Shown: positions 26,720 through 38,649 of the stretch, piece after piece
How the letters are laid out: each line of letters begins with the position of its first letter
How positions within the stretch are numbered: position 1 is the stretch's first letter
Source: Rhynchobatus australiae
Taxonomy: Eukaryota
Length of the DNA: 64,000 nt
Direction: 5' to 3'
NCBI GenBank assembly: GCA_034780895.1
Contig: JAUZTB010000107.1
Span: 44,970,148 to 45,034,147 of the forward strand
Made by a program: the position numbers and the translations under genes
The notes under the pieces: model-generated
What the model was told of the DNA's origin: nothing
The model's input: the letters and a program-made list of their open reading frames with translations, nothing else
The model's database searches: none

Positions 26720-27890
26720 GGAAAATTAAGTGAAGTTAGTCTAAGTGTGTCAACGAGGGTGGTGCAATAGTGTACATGGACTTCAGCAAGGCCTTTGTCT
26801 GCTCTAGTCCAAAAAGCAAGACAGGACATTTCAGGTTCAGGACAATTTGGCAAATCAGATCCAAAATTGTTTTGACGATAGAAGGCAAGAGATAATAGTT
26901 GAAGACTGGATTGGAAGTCCATGACCAGTGGCGTACTGCAGGGACAGGTGCTGGCATCCTTGCCGTTTGTTATATACACTAATATTCTGGAAGTGAAAGG
27001 GAGTGTATGATTACTAAGTTTTCAGATGGTGCTGTGGATAGTGTGTAAGATAAGCAGAAAAGACAGAGGAATTTATTCGAGGTAAGTGCAGGTGATGTAC
27101 TTTGGGAGGAATAATAAGGTTAGGATGTACACAGTGGATGGCAGGGTCCTAGAAAGTGCTGAGGAACAGAGGGACATATACATATCCAAGGACCCATGAC
27201 GTGGTTAAGAAAGCATTGGAATACTTGCCTTCATTCACATTGTATATAAAGAGCAGGGGGCCATGTTACAGCTATGTAAAACATCAGTTGGACCACAGCT
27301 GGAAAACTGTGTGCAGTTCATGTTGCACACTATAGGAAGGATGTGATTGCACTGGAGAAGGTGCAAAGGAGATTCATGAGGATATTGCTTGGGGTGGAGC
27401 ATTTCAGCAATGAGTGACTAGGTTTGTTTTCCTTGGAGCCAAAGGTGCACAAAATGAGGGGCAGGATAGGGTAGAGAATGAGAAACTGTTCCCCTTAGCA
27501 GGGGAGTTCAGGATGAGAAGATATAGGTTTAAAGTAAAGGGCAGAAAATTTAGAAGGGATTTAAAGAAGAATATTTTCTCTCAGAGGGTAGTTAAAAATT
27601 GAAACCTCCTGCCTGAGGGAGTGGAGAGGAAGAGACTTTCAACACTTAAACAAAAATCAAACGAAAACTGCAAACACTGGAAATCTGAAACAAAAACAGA
27701 AAACACTGGAAATACTCAGCAGGTAAGACCACACCTGTGGGAGGAGAAACAGAGTCAACGTTTCAGGGTTGGAATGTCAACGTTTCAGGGTTGGAATGGA
27801 GTTCTAGCGCATAAGATTAGTTAGATAAATAGTTAATGAATGGCATTGACATGGTGGGCTGAAGAGTGTTTCTGTGCTGTGTGACTATAT
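26720..27890 (+). mobile_element. CR1/HER1-like LINE fragment with a nested Penelope terminal piece (~27660-27795)
   Basis: VYMDFSKAF motif (gtgtacatggacttcagcaaggcctt) through to the 3' UTR. The insert ends in a 22-bp tandem duplication gtcaacgtttcagggttggaat x2. Confidence 0.8.
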
Positions 27891-28455
27891 GAGAAATAGT
27901 TCATGGCTTTCATCACAGATCTTTATTGTCAGAGAGCAACAATGTACAGAGTGTGCAGAATGATAGACTGTTTCATTAATGATGAATACAAGGCTCATCC
28001 TTTTTTGTGCTTCACTAAACAAGTCGACAGAACAGCCTATCTGGCCCAAAGTACTATCACTCTTGAATGACGAAGCCAGGAACGGCCATATGCCCTTAAG
28101 GGTACAAACCTGTTTGGCATCACAGTAAACTCTGTTTTAACCAGCTACCACTGTTTCGTTGTGGTTTGAACCTTTAGCTGAATGGCCCCGTTTACTGTTT
28201 GGAAGTCAATGTTACCTAGACCCTTAATTTCATTGTAAATAAATCTGTCTTATAAAGTAGATATGCCTGCTTCCATAATGCTTTTAGGACATAATGTTGC
28301 AGAAAATATTCATAAAACACTCCAGAAATGTGGACTTTTTCATGTACAAGTTCACTCACATGTTGAACTATGCAAAATTACTGTTAAAACAATTCACGCT
28401 ATGGTTTTCGGCATTATGTATTTGCCACCTCACAGTTGTTATCAATGGACCTATA

Positions 28456-28981
28456 CAGTGGCATGCAAAAGTTTGGGCAGCACTGGTCAAAATTTCTGTT
28501 ACTGTGAATAGCTAAGCGAATAAAAGATGACCTGATTTCCAAAAGGCATAAAGTTAAAGATGNNNNNNNNNNNNNNNNNNNNNNNNNNNNNNNNNNNNNN
28601 NNNNNNNNNNNNNNNNNNNNNNNNNNNNNNNNNNNNNNNNNNNNNNNNNNNNNNNNNNNNNNTGCATCACCTGGCCTTTCCTAACGATGACTGTGAACAA
28701 GCCATAGCCCTAACAAGCTAATGAAGGTCTGAGACCTTGATAAAAGTTATCTGAGAACTCAAATCACTTGGGGTGCCCAAACTTTTGCATGGTGCTCCTT
28801 TCCTTTTTCCCCCCCCACTCTAAAATTGTACAAAACAAAAATTATACATTAATCTTGCTTAAAATGTGGAAAAGAATGTTTCATCTTTATGACTTTTGGA
28901 GATCAGTTCATCTTTTACTCACTCAACTATTCACAGTAACAGAAATTTTGCCCGGGGTGCCCAAACTTTTGCATGCCACTG
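28456..28981. mobile_element. Tc1/mariner IR/DR-type transposon, interior hidden by a 100-N gap
   Basis: TA|CAGTGGCATGCAAAAGTTTGGGCA...TGCCCAAACTTTTGCATGCCACTG|TA. Inverted similarity extends about 100 bp, and an inner direct repeat ggggtgcccaaacttttgcatg lies at ~28770-28791. Confidence 0.9.
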
Positions 28982-29848
28982 TACATGCCTCTCTCCAGAG
29001 TCTTAATTTTTTTACATCTTAACTCTTCTAATGAAATTGCAGTTGCCTATTTCAGTAAGGCATCTAGTGGTATGGGAAAAGGGACAAGATCAGCTCTGAT
29101 TGTAATGAACGTTGGAGCATGCTGAAAGGGCCAAATGGACCACTCCTGCTTCTCCTTTCTTCATCTCTATCTTATTAATAATAAAATGATTTCACCCTCA
29201 ACTACAAGGGCTATTTGTCCTCTTCCATTTTCTCTTTCTAGTAGATGTTAACTTGATTTAATTCCCCATCCTGAAACCATATCACAGTAAAGTTCAACAT
29301 GTGCTTACAATTCACTCAATTTATTCCTTCTACTCTATACTTATGTACAAGGAACACCCTTATTTGTGCCACATGTTCTGATCTGTCTTTCTGCTCTAGT
29401 CTTCTACTCACACTTTGCTTGTTTCTCTCCCTGGCTAATACAGCTGACATTCTTTAGTTTTCCTTTCAGCTGCAGCAGTGAAAGGACAGTTTCTGACAAT
29501 TAACCCACTCTCATTTGAGGAACTATTAATATGACCTTTACCATCTCCAGTCTCACCAGGAGGCTCTCCTATTTTATCACCCTAAACTGGAAGAGAATAA
29601 TAACCACCATCGTGCATCAGATTGGAACCAAATTGCCACTTGAAATAATATAATGAATGCACTGTGGATGGTTACATATAATGGGGTGGAAAACACACGA
29701 AATAAAGTAATTCCCTTGTGTGTAGTCAAACCAAACGCATCAACATCCAGAACAGCTTGGCGTAACATTTACCTAGTCACCTATGTCAGAGATTGACAGC
29801 AAAAGGTTACTGAGCAACATATGGATGGATTTTGTGACTGTTGCTTAC

Positions 29849-29992
29849 CATTTCACAGCCAGGTTTTGCACCTCTCCATTTTTATCCTCCAGCAGTTTAA
29901 GCAGCATCTTTACCACCTTCTTCTCACTGTCATCATCCAACTTGATGGAATCTTTCTGTAACTCTACCATCAGGTCATTGGTGGCCATGAAC
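29849..29992 (-). CDS. CAND2: CAND2 coding exon 2
   Basis: 144 nt, tttcag|G...TG|gtaagc. Translates (R)[47 protein letters not shown](C). Confidence 0.95.
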
Positions 29993-32804
29993 CTGAAAAA
30001 CAAAAACCAGCGAAGATCTATGAAAAACATAAGCCAAACCACTTAATAATCATTATGCAGCAGGGAATGAGGTTAATTGAATAGCCCTTGGGTCTATAGT
30101 GACTTCTTAAAAGTTGAATGGCCTCCAGTGCCATTAGATTCCACTCTTACCATGACAGAAAATATCATACTCATTACTACAATTGAGAACAACCAACTCA
30201 AATATGTTTGCAAATCTACAAATATAAAGATCTATGGTAAACAAATATCTTTGAAATTCAAACCATAAATGACTACCCAGAACTTTCTACCATTAGAAGT
30301 TTTTGTTTTAAAAAAAACTGCAAAATAATCCTGCAATAGGAAGCTGCATGCAAACCAAGTTAACTTAAGATTCACAAATGAACATTTTCTTTCAGTCCAA
30401 GAAGAACTAAACAAAAGACCCAGACTTTTCCTTTTTGTAAAAGAAATTTTACAAGTTAATATTGGCAACCAATTGTAAATCACAACAGGCCCCAGGGCCC
30501 AAAACCCACTGCATTTAACAGAGAACATCTTTTACTTACAATGACAACAATCTGAAATTAGATCTTGCCTGTTTCATCAGCTGATCAAAACTAAACCAGA
30601 GACCCATTACAATTCAAATACAAGACAATGACATTATCTCTATTCACACTACCGAGTTCCTCTGGTCAGGGAGATGCATGGATGATGAGTTGAGGATGAG
30701 TCCCCAGCAAAACCAAATGATTGCCAAGGGATGGATAGGGATTTTATACAAAGTTAACTTCAATTAATCATCAGCATACATGGACCTTCATGTACATGTG
30801 TCACAACACAAGCTTGGCAAGCAATGAACTAGCTCAGCACATATAGTAGGCTGTAAATCATATTGCAACTATCTGACCGGAAACTAAGTGAAAGTTGAGT
30901 TTTCACCATTATCTGCAATGGAAAACAGGAGTTGTTTATCACTGACCCAGTGACAACATTAAATTCTCTTCCCTATAATCAAGAGCACTCTAGTTACATC
31001 CAGGCTCTTTGGTCCATTGGTCAAGTAATGGAGTCAGGGCAAATGCTGTATTTACTTCCAGCCACATTCAGTTCTTGAACTCAATCTGCCACCACAAAAG
31101 CTAGCAGGGCAGCTTTAAAAATCCAGTACTGGGAAATATGTATCATTGGCATGGCCCAAGTCTCATCACCCATTCTAGTACCTCAAGTCACACTCTGATA
31201 CTTTTGAGCAGCTTGCTGGGAAATTTCAAATGGCAGTTAAGAGCCAACTACATTGGACTCTGACTAGAATCCCATCTAGGTTAAGACCTTCATTTACACT
31301 GTGGGTCTCAGTGTCCCAGGTACTTTTGAAACAAATACTGAAAACCTAGCAGCTNNNNNNNNNNNNNNNNNNNNNNNNNNNNNNNNNNNNNNNNNNNNNN
31401 NNNNNNNNNNNNNNNNNNNNNNNNNNNNNNNNNNNNNNNNNNNNNNNNNNNNNNAAACAAATACTGAAAACCTAGCAGCTGGTTTTCTTAGAGGAAATAC
31501 CCACAAACAGCAATGTTTATTTTATTATAATGTCTAATTTTCTCTGAGATATTAAACTGAGTTTACATTGCCTTCAGATAGATAACTCTGCAAACAAAAA
31601 AAATAATCTTACTATCACACAGCACTGCTAGAAGAGTAAGTAGTTCTCCATCTTGGTCAATTTTCCTCCTTCGATCAATATAATTAATGCCTAAAGATGT
31701 ATTCATTGAGCAGAATGGCCTCCACACCTAACTCCTCAATAAACACTGCCTCTGTGAGAATTGACTGTGTGGAAGGCACTTCGAAGCATTGACGGAAAAG
31801 TAATGAGAATTCTCCTTTAACTGAGTTAGGTAAGACTTTAAGACATCTCTGTTGTTGCACTTCAGTTCAGCACTGAGTGGACACCGCACTGTCAAAGAAA
31901 ATTGGACATTTAACCAAAGCCACAGGTAAATGTGAAAGTTCCAATGAAATCAAAAGAAGGCAGAGTGCCCAAATCTAAATGTCCTGAACAATATGCCTTC
32001 AATGGATTTTTTTAAAATCACAATTAGTCATTAANNNNNNNNNNNNNNNNNNNNNNNNNNNNNNNNNNNNNNNNNNNNNNNNNNNNNNNNNNNNNNNNNN
32101 NNNNNNNNNNNNNNNNNNNNNNNNNNNNNNNNNNATTAATTCAGTACCATCTGTGGAATATAAATACCGTAAATACAAGTCAGATCAGAGAATGGGTATT
32201 CCACAATGTGACTCAACTCCCAAATCTCCAAACTCCTCTATCATCTATAAGGCACATAGCTGGAGTGTGATCGTACACTCCATTTACCTGGATGAGTCAA
32301 CATTATTCAAGCCAAATAAATCACACACTGTCCAGCAACAGCATACGGAAGCACATTGCACATCTTATACAAAAGGCAATAGTTACACCAAGACTCCTTC
32401 AACAGTACTACCCACACCACAACCTCTACCACCAAGAGCAGCAGCAGGTATGTGGAAATGCCATCACCATGTTGCACTCCAACCTGACTTGGTCATATAC
32501 TGCCACTGGGTCGAAATCCTGATATTTACATCCAGTAATGCCGTGGAAATAATTTTACAAGCTGGCAATTCACAACCATCTTCTCAGCTCCAATTACGAG
32601 TGCAAGTAAGTGGCAAGGCCACTGATGCCCTGCATCTAAATAACAGAAAAAACTGATGGTATGAAAATTTGCTGTCAGACTTCCTCACCTCAATAATAAT
32701 TACTCCTTAAAATTGGTTGTTAAGAATAATACCATCATAAAGCTATGGAAGCTGCGATTATAAATGCATGAGCTCTTCATTCACATAAACTTTACAACTT
32801 CAGA

Positions 32805-33118
32805 ATCAGGTTTATTATTACTGACACGTCATGAAATTTGTTGTTTTGTGGCAGCAGTGCAGTGCAAGACAAAGACATAAAAATTACTTTGTTACAAAAA
32901 TAAATAACACAAAAGGGGAATAATGAAGTAGTGTTCATGGACCGTTCATAAATCTGATGGCAGAGGAGAAGAAGCTGTTCGTGAAATGATGAGTGTGGGT
33001 ATTCAGGCTCCTGTACCCCCTCCCTGACAATAATAACGTGAAGAGGGCATGTCTTGGATGGTGAGGGTCCTTAATGATGGAAGCCGCCTTCTTGAGGCAT
33101 CGCCTCTGGAAGATGTTG
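32805..33118 (-). mobile_element. Rex1/Babar-clade LINE 3' fragment
   Basis: RCLKKAASIIKDPHHPRHALFTLLLSGRGYRSL...FFSSAIR is a Rex1-type C-terminus, with an aataaacctgattctg tail. Confidence 0.75.
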
Positions 33119-33529
33119 NNNNNNNNNNTAAACATCAAAAATTGTTTATGGGAATAGTACAGGTTACAGAAAGAAATGACTAAAATTCTTTAAATCATAA
33201 TAGGCACTCAAGCACTTATGGTTGGTTTTTTTCCATTGGCTGTTACCTCCCATTAGACCTCTTTCACAATGCAGACCTTCCTTTAATCGACAATATTCAG
33301 TCGATCCTGAGTCTATTTTACCAACAAAGCATGCAATATCATTGTTTTCACTTTCTGTACATTGCTTGGCTGTGTCTGAACAAAAGACTCGTACAGAACC
33401 ACCGTCTTCCAACCAAATACCAGGTGTTGTGCGAGGACCTATCACTTGACTCGCATTTCTGACAATCCAAACACATTCACAATGAATGGCCCGAGCAGAT
33501 TACATGAGAACTTATTTGTCAGTGGCTCA

Positions 33530-33815
33530 GTAACTAGTAAGCCTCACCTTTAAGGTGAGAGGGGAAAGATTTAAAGACCTGAGGGGTAACCTCTTCAGAG
33601 AGGGTGGTGGGTGTATGGAGCAAGCAGCCAGAGCAAGTGGTTCAGGCAGGTACACTAACATTTAAAAGACGTTTGGACAGGAACATGGATGGGAAAGGTT
33701 TCGAGGGATATGGGACAAGTGGGGCAAACGGGACGAGCTTAGATGGGCATCTTGGTCGGCATGGACAGGTTGGGCCGAAGGGCCGGTTTCCGTACTGCTC
33801 TGTAATTCTCTGACT
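33530..33815 (+). mobile_element. CR1/HER1-like LINE 3' end
   Basis: RVVGVWSKQPEQVVQAGTLTFKRRLDRNMD plus a 3' UTR ending ttctctgact. Confidence 0.8.
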
Positions 33816-34414
33816 GCATGGAGGATGACAGGAAGAATCTGATCCTGACCAGGTCCAGCCCTTTGATCCTGCTCCATGGCTGATCCAGTTTTGTCCCCAA
33901 CACCTCTTGCCCACGCTCTCCCCATATCCCTTGACTCCCTAGTGGTTTAATCCACATTCCTGCCTGATCCCTTGAATCCTCTGGTGTTTGACATTCTATT
34001 GAATCCACGAGTAATCCCTGAGAATCCACAATTTGCTGAGGCAAAGAATTCCACCGATTCCCAAATCCAAGTGGAGAAACTCCTCCTCACCTCAGCTGGG
34101 ATTGGCTGGCCCTTGAACGTCGGTGGGGGAAGGACAGGCGCCTCTACTCATCACAGAGAATGGGGCCATATCCGGAAATCCACCTCTGGTGGAGTGACAT
34201 CGAGAATGCCTCAAATGTATCATTTTGAATGTGTTTGGGTAGTGTCACTCCACCCTTTAGCTATTGTGAACTTAATCTCTGATTATGAATTTATTAACAT
34301 TTGTGTAACTTATTTAGCAGTTCAGATTTATTTGCAAATAAGTTTTGGGGAATATTGCCACCAAATTGTGCACAGTAAGCTCCCACAAGTTACCGTGTGA
34401 TATTTGATAGAGGT

Positions 34415-34698
34415 TTAGAAAGGGGAGATATGATAGAAGTTTACATAATTATGAGGGGTATAGACAAAGTAAATACAAGAAGGCTCTTTCCACCTAGACA
34501 TGGCTTTAGGGTGAAAGGGGAAAGGTTTAGGGGGAACATTAGGGGGAACTTCTTCACTCAGAGAGTGGTGGGGGTGTGGAACGAGCTGCCATCTGACGTG
34601 GTAAATGCAGGCTCACTCTTGAGTTTTAAGAATAAATTGGACAGATACATGGACGGGAGAGGTCTGGAGGGTTATGGACTGGGTGCAGGTCAATGGGA
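34415..34698 (+). mobile_element. CR1/HER1-like LINE 3' fragment, relatively young
   Basis: Uninterrupted RGDMIEVYIIMRGIDKV...FFTQRVVGVWNELPSDVVNAGSLLSFKNKLDRYMD up to the gap. Confidence 0.85.
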
Positions 34699-35506
34699 NN
34701 NNNNNNNNNNNNNNNNNNNNNNNNNNNNNNNNNNNNNNNNNNNNNNNNNNNNNNNNNNNNNNNNNNNNNNNNNNNNNNNNNNNNNNNNNNNNNNNNNNNN
34801 NNNNNNNNNNNNNNNNNNNNNNNNNNNNNNNNNNNNNNNNNNNNNNNNNNNNNNNNNNNNNNNNNNNNNNNNNNNNNNNNNNNNNNNNNNNNNNNNNNNN
34901 NNNNNNNNNNNNNNNNNNNNNNNNNNNNNNNNNNNNNNNNNNNNNNNNNNNNNNNNNNNNNNNNNNNNNNNNNNNNNNNNNNNNNNNNNNNNNNNNNNNN
35001 NNNNNNNNNNNNNNNNNNNNNNNNNNNNNNNNNNNNNNNNNNNNNNNNNNNNNNNNNNNNNNNNNNNNNNNNNNNNNNNNNNNNNNNNNNNNNNNNNNNN
35101 NNNNNNNNNNNNNNNNNNNNNNNNNNNNNNNNNNNNNNNNNNNNNNNNNNNNNNNNNNNNNNNNNNNNNNNNNNNNNNNNNNNNNNNNNNNNNNNNNNNN
35201 NNNNNNNNNNNNNNNNNNNNNNNNNNNNNNNNNNNNNNNNNNNNNNNNNNNNNNNNNNNNNNNNNNNNNNNNNNNNNNNNNNNNNNNNNNNNNNNNNNNN
35301 NNNNNNNNNNNNNNNNNNNNNNNNNNNNNNNNNNNNNNNNNNNNNNNNNNNNNNNNNNNNNNNNNNNNNNNNNNNNNNNNNNNNNNNNNNNNNNNNNNNN
35401 NNNNNNNNNNNNNNNNNNNNNNNNNNNNNNNNNNNNNNNNNNNNNNNNNNNNNNNNNNNNNNNNNNNNNNNNNNNNNNNNNNNNNNNNNNNNNNNNNNNN
35501 NNNNNN

Positions 35507-35509
35507 CAT
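35507..35509 (-). CDS. CAND2: Probable CAND2 start codon; rest of coding exon 1 lies in gap 34699-35506
   Basis: The minus strand reads CCCGGCACC-ATG-NNN, a Kozak-like context in a CpG island. The expected ~68-nt exon 1 was not found elsewhere upstream of exon 2. Confidence 0.7.
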
Positions 35510-35700
35510 GGTGCCGGGGGTGCGGGCCGTGACTCCTGGCTGCTGGCGCTGCGCTGGCGACCGCTCGCTGCTCGTCCATGGGACAAGATGGCGCCCACTC
35601 GGCCGCGCTCCCCGCTGACGTCACCCGGGTTAGAAGTCACTGGAAATCCCACCGCGGCCGGCAGCGCCACCTGCCGGCGGCCCAGGCAGGCGTGTACTGG
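35510..35700 (-). promoter_or_regulatory. CAND2 CpG island, 5' UTR and promoter with YY1, CRE and CTCF-like motifs
   Basis: GC/CpG-rich. CAAGATGGCG at 35584-35593, TGACGTCA at 35616-35623, CAGCGCCACCTGCCGG at 35662-35677. Confidence 0.7.
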
Positions 35701-35924
35701 AGGCTAGAGGCTGGAGCCAGGACTGCAGCAGGACTCAACAGGGCAGGCAGCACCTGTGGAGCCAATGGATGGACCCTGCAACAATACATCTACAGGGCTG
35801 GGATAATGTCCACAGACATACACACAGAACAGTCATGTGAATAATGTTCAAATATTAACCCTCACGCAAACATCTACAATAATGGGGTAATGTCCACCCA
35901 CACACAGACACAGTTTGATGTGAA

Positions 35925-37130
35925 TGATAATCTCTGGGTTACATTTTTCACATAAAGAGTAGTTTGTATCTAGAATGAGCTGCCAGAGGAAGTGTTGGGG
36001 GCAGGAATATTAAAAGGTGTGGAATGCAATTAGAGGGTGGGCAGAGAGCATTCAGGTAGTGGAAACAGTGGAGGCATGGATGAGGATTTCAGTTGTGCAT
36101 GAGCTGATGCAAGATCAGAGGGAGGTGGTGCTACAGAAGTAGACGTAGGCACTTTTGGGGATGGAAAAGTTTTGGGTTTTGTTTTCGCATCATAGTCAAA
36201 AGCAACGCCAGGATCCGTCATCTATATTAACAACTTGGATGAGAGTATATTTGGCATGGTTAGTAAATTTATGGATGACACCAAAATTAGCGGGACACTG
36301 GACAGTGAAGAATGTTATCTAAGATTGCAATAGGATCTAGATCAACTGAGAGAGTGCACCTAAGAATGGGAGATGGAATTTAACTCAGATAAGTGGGAAG
36401 TGTTGCATTTTGGCAAGTTAAATCAGGGCAGGACTTACACAGTATATGGCAGGGCCCTGGAGAATGCTGTAAAACAGAGAGACATAAGGGTACATTTACA
36501 GAATTCCTCGAAAATGGCGACAGAAGTAGACAGGATGATGAAGGTGTTTGGCATGCTTGCCTTCACAGGTCAGGTCACTAAGTACAAAGGTTGGGATGTC
36601 ATGTTACACCGATACAAGACATTGGTGAGACTGTACTTGGAGTATTGTGTGCAGGTCTGATTGCCTAGCAAAAGGATGAATATCATTAAGCTGGCAAGGG
36701 TACAGAATGGCTTGAGTCAGAAGGTACAAAAAGGAGAGATGAGGTAGGCTGGGTTTTTTTTCCCTGGAGAGGAGGAAGCTGAAGTATATAAAATCATGAG
36801 GGGCATAGATACGGTGGATAGTTACAGTCTTTTTCCCAAGGTAGGGGGGTCTAAAATGGGAGGGCATAGATTTGAGAGGAGGGGGAGAGACTTAAAGGGG
36901 ACATGAGGGGCAAATTTTTCACACAATGGGAGATGGTTATGTAGAATGAGCTGCCAGAGAAAGTGATAGGTGCAGGTACAATTACAACATTTAATTACGA
37001 CACTTGGACAGATACATGGATAGGAAAGGTTTAGAGGGATATGGGCCAAATACAGGCAAATGGGACTAGCTCAAGTAACCAACTTTGTCAGCATGGCCAA
37101 GTTGGGCCAAAGGACCTGTCTCTGTGCAGA
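35925..37130 (+). mobile_element. CR1/HER1-like LINE fragment(s)
   Basis: YINNLD...SKFMDDTK and MEFNSDKWEVLHFGKLNQGRTYTV...LEYCVQ, continuing to the 3' UTR. Confidence 0.85.
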
Positions 37131-37271
37131 CACGGTTGACATCCCACTAACTGTGGTTGAGTGGAAAAAGGGATACAGCTCAGAAGCGCAGGTGTTGAAA
37201 CTCTCATCATCAGAAGACAGAGAAACTGGGAGAATGGAATGGATTCCTTACAGGAATCATGCTGGGAGGAG

Positions 37272-37749
37272 CTCAGAATCAGGTTTATTATTACTGACAT
37301 AGTCATGAAGTTTGTTGTTTTGTGACAGCAGTACAAAGCAAGACATAAAAATTACTATAAGTTACAAAATAAATAAATAGTGCAAAAGAGGAATAATGAG
37401 GTCGTGTTCATGGGTTCATGGACCGTTCAGATATCTAATGGCAGAGGGGAAGAAGCTGTTCCTTAAATGTTGAGTGTGGGTCTTCAGGAGTGTACCTCCT
37501 CCCTGATGGTAGTACTCAAAGAAGGCATGTCCCAGATGGTGAGGGTCCTTAATGTTGGATGCCGCCTTCTTGAGACACCACCTCTTGAAGATATTCTTGA
37601 TGGTGGGGAGGGTTATGTCTGTGATGGAGCTGGCTGAGTCTTCAGCCCTTTGCAACTGCTTTCAATCCTGAGCATTGGAGCCTCCATACCAGGCTGTGAT
37701 GCAACCAGTCAGAATGCTCTCCACCGTACATCTGTAGAAATTTGCAAGA
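37272..37749 (-). mobile_element. Rex1/Babar-clade LINE 3' fragment
   Basis: QRAEDSASSITDITLPTIKNIFKRWCLKKAASNIKDPHHLGH. Closely related to 32805-33118 and 38650-39050. Confidence 0.75.
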
Positions 37750-37849
37750 NNNNNNNNNNNNNNNNNNNNNNNNNNNNNNNNNNNNNNNNNNNNNNNNNNN
37801 NNNNNNNNNNNNNNNNNNNNNNNNNNNNNNNNNNNNNNNNNNNNNNNNN

Positions 37850-38290
37850 TCCCTCTCCTAGCCTATCTCCCTTTTTTCTAACCCCTTTTTTCTTTCTTAT
37901 TAATCCCCACACCCCTTCACCCCCAACCATGCCTCTTTTCTTACCTTTCCCTTTCCCTTTCCAAGCCAATCTCTCTTTTTTTCTAATCCTTTTTGTTTAT
38001 CTCCTTACCTTTGACCCAGCCCCTGGTGGGTCTGCTCTCCCCTCCTCTGCCGCATCTGCCTATCATTATCTCCTACATGCATCTACCAATCACTACCTTG
38101 TGCCCACCCCACCTCCCCTCTTTTGTCCACCGTTAGCTTCTCTGCTTTTCCCTCCTGTATAGTGGGCTTCCCCTTTTCCTATCTTCAGCCCTAAAGAAGG
38201 GTCCTGACCTGAAACGTTGACTGCCTGCTGTTCTTCACGGATGCTGCCAGGCCTGCTGAGTTCCTCCAGCATCATAGTGTTTTTTATTTT
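37850..38290 (+). mobile_element. Penelope-like 3' region with degenerate hammerhead-like motif (38186-38223)
   Basis: CT-rich tract, then cagcc-CTAAAGA-agggtcctgacct-GAAAC-GTT-gactg and the family tail. Confidence 0.7.
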
Positions 38291-38649
38291 GAGCCTGGTA
38301 TTACCATTACACAAACAAATCTGCAATCCTTCCAGTCTTTGAATTCCAATCATATTTTCCATTAGATTGAAAGTTCTACTGCAGTGAAGGCTCTACTGCA
38401 AAAACTGCTCAGAAACAGGTCATCTTGCCCAACCAATCCATGTGTACCTTTAGCCTCCTCTTTCTTCTATTCCCTTCTACCTTTCCCGCTCCAGCCTCTC
38501 TTTCCTTGTGTCTAGGCATTTCCACTCCCTGTGGAAGCAGGTTCCACATTTTTTCTGAATTCCCTGTTGGATTCCTTTGTGACAGTCTCATGTTGAGGGC
38601 CCCTGTTTATGCTTTGCCCTCAAGTGGAAATATTTTCATTAAGATAATC

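Noticed and set aside
33164-33500. 93-aa minus ORF in CAND2 intron 1 with a donor-like GAG|gtaac near 33245
   Set aside because: No recognisable homology and no convincing acceptor. RNA-seq would be needed to consider it a cassette exon.
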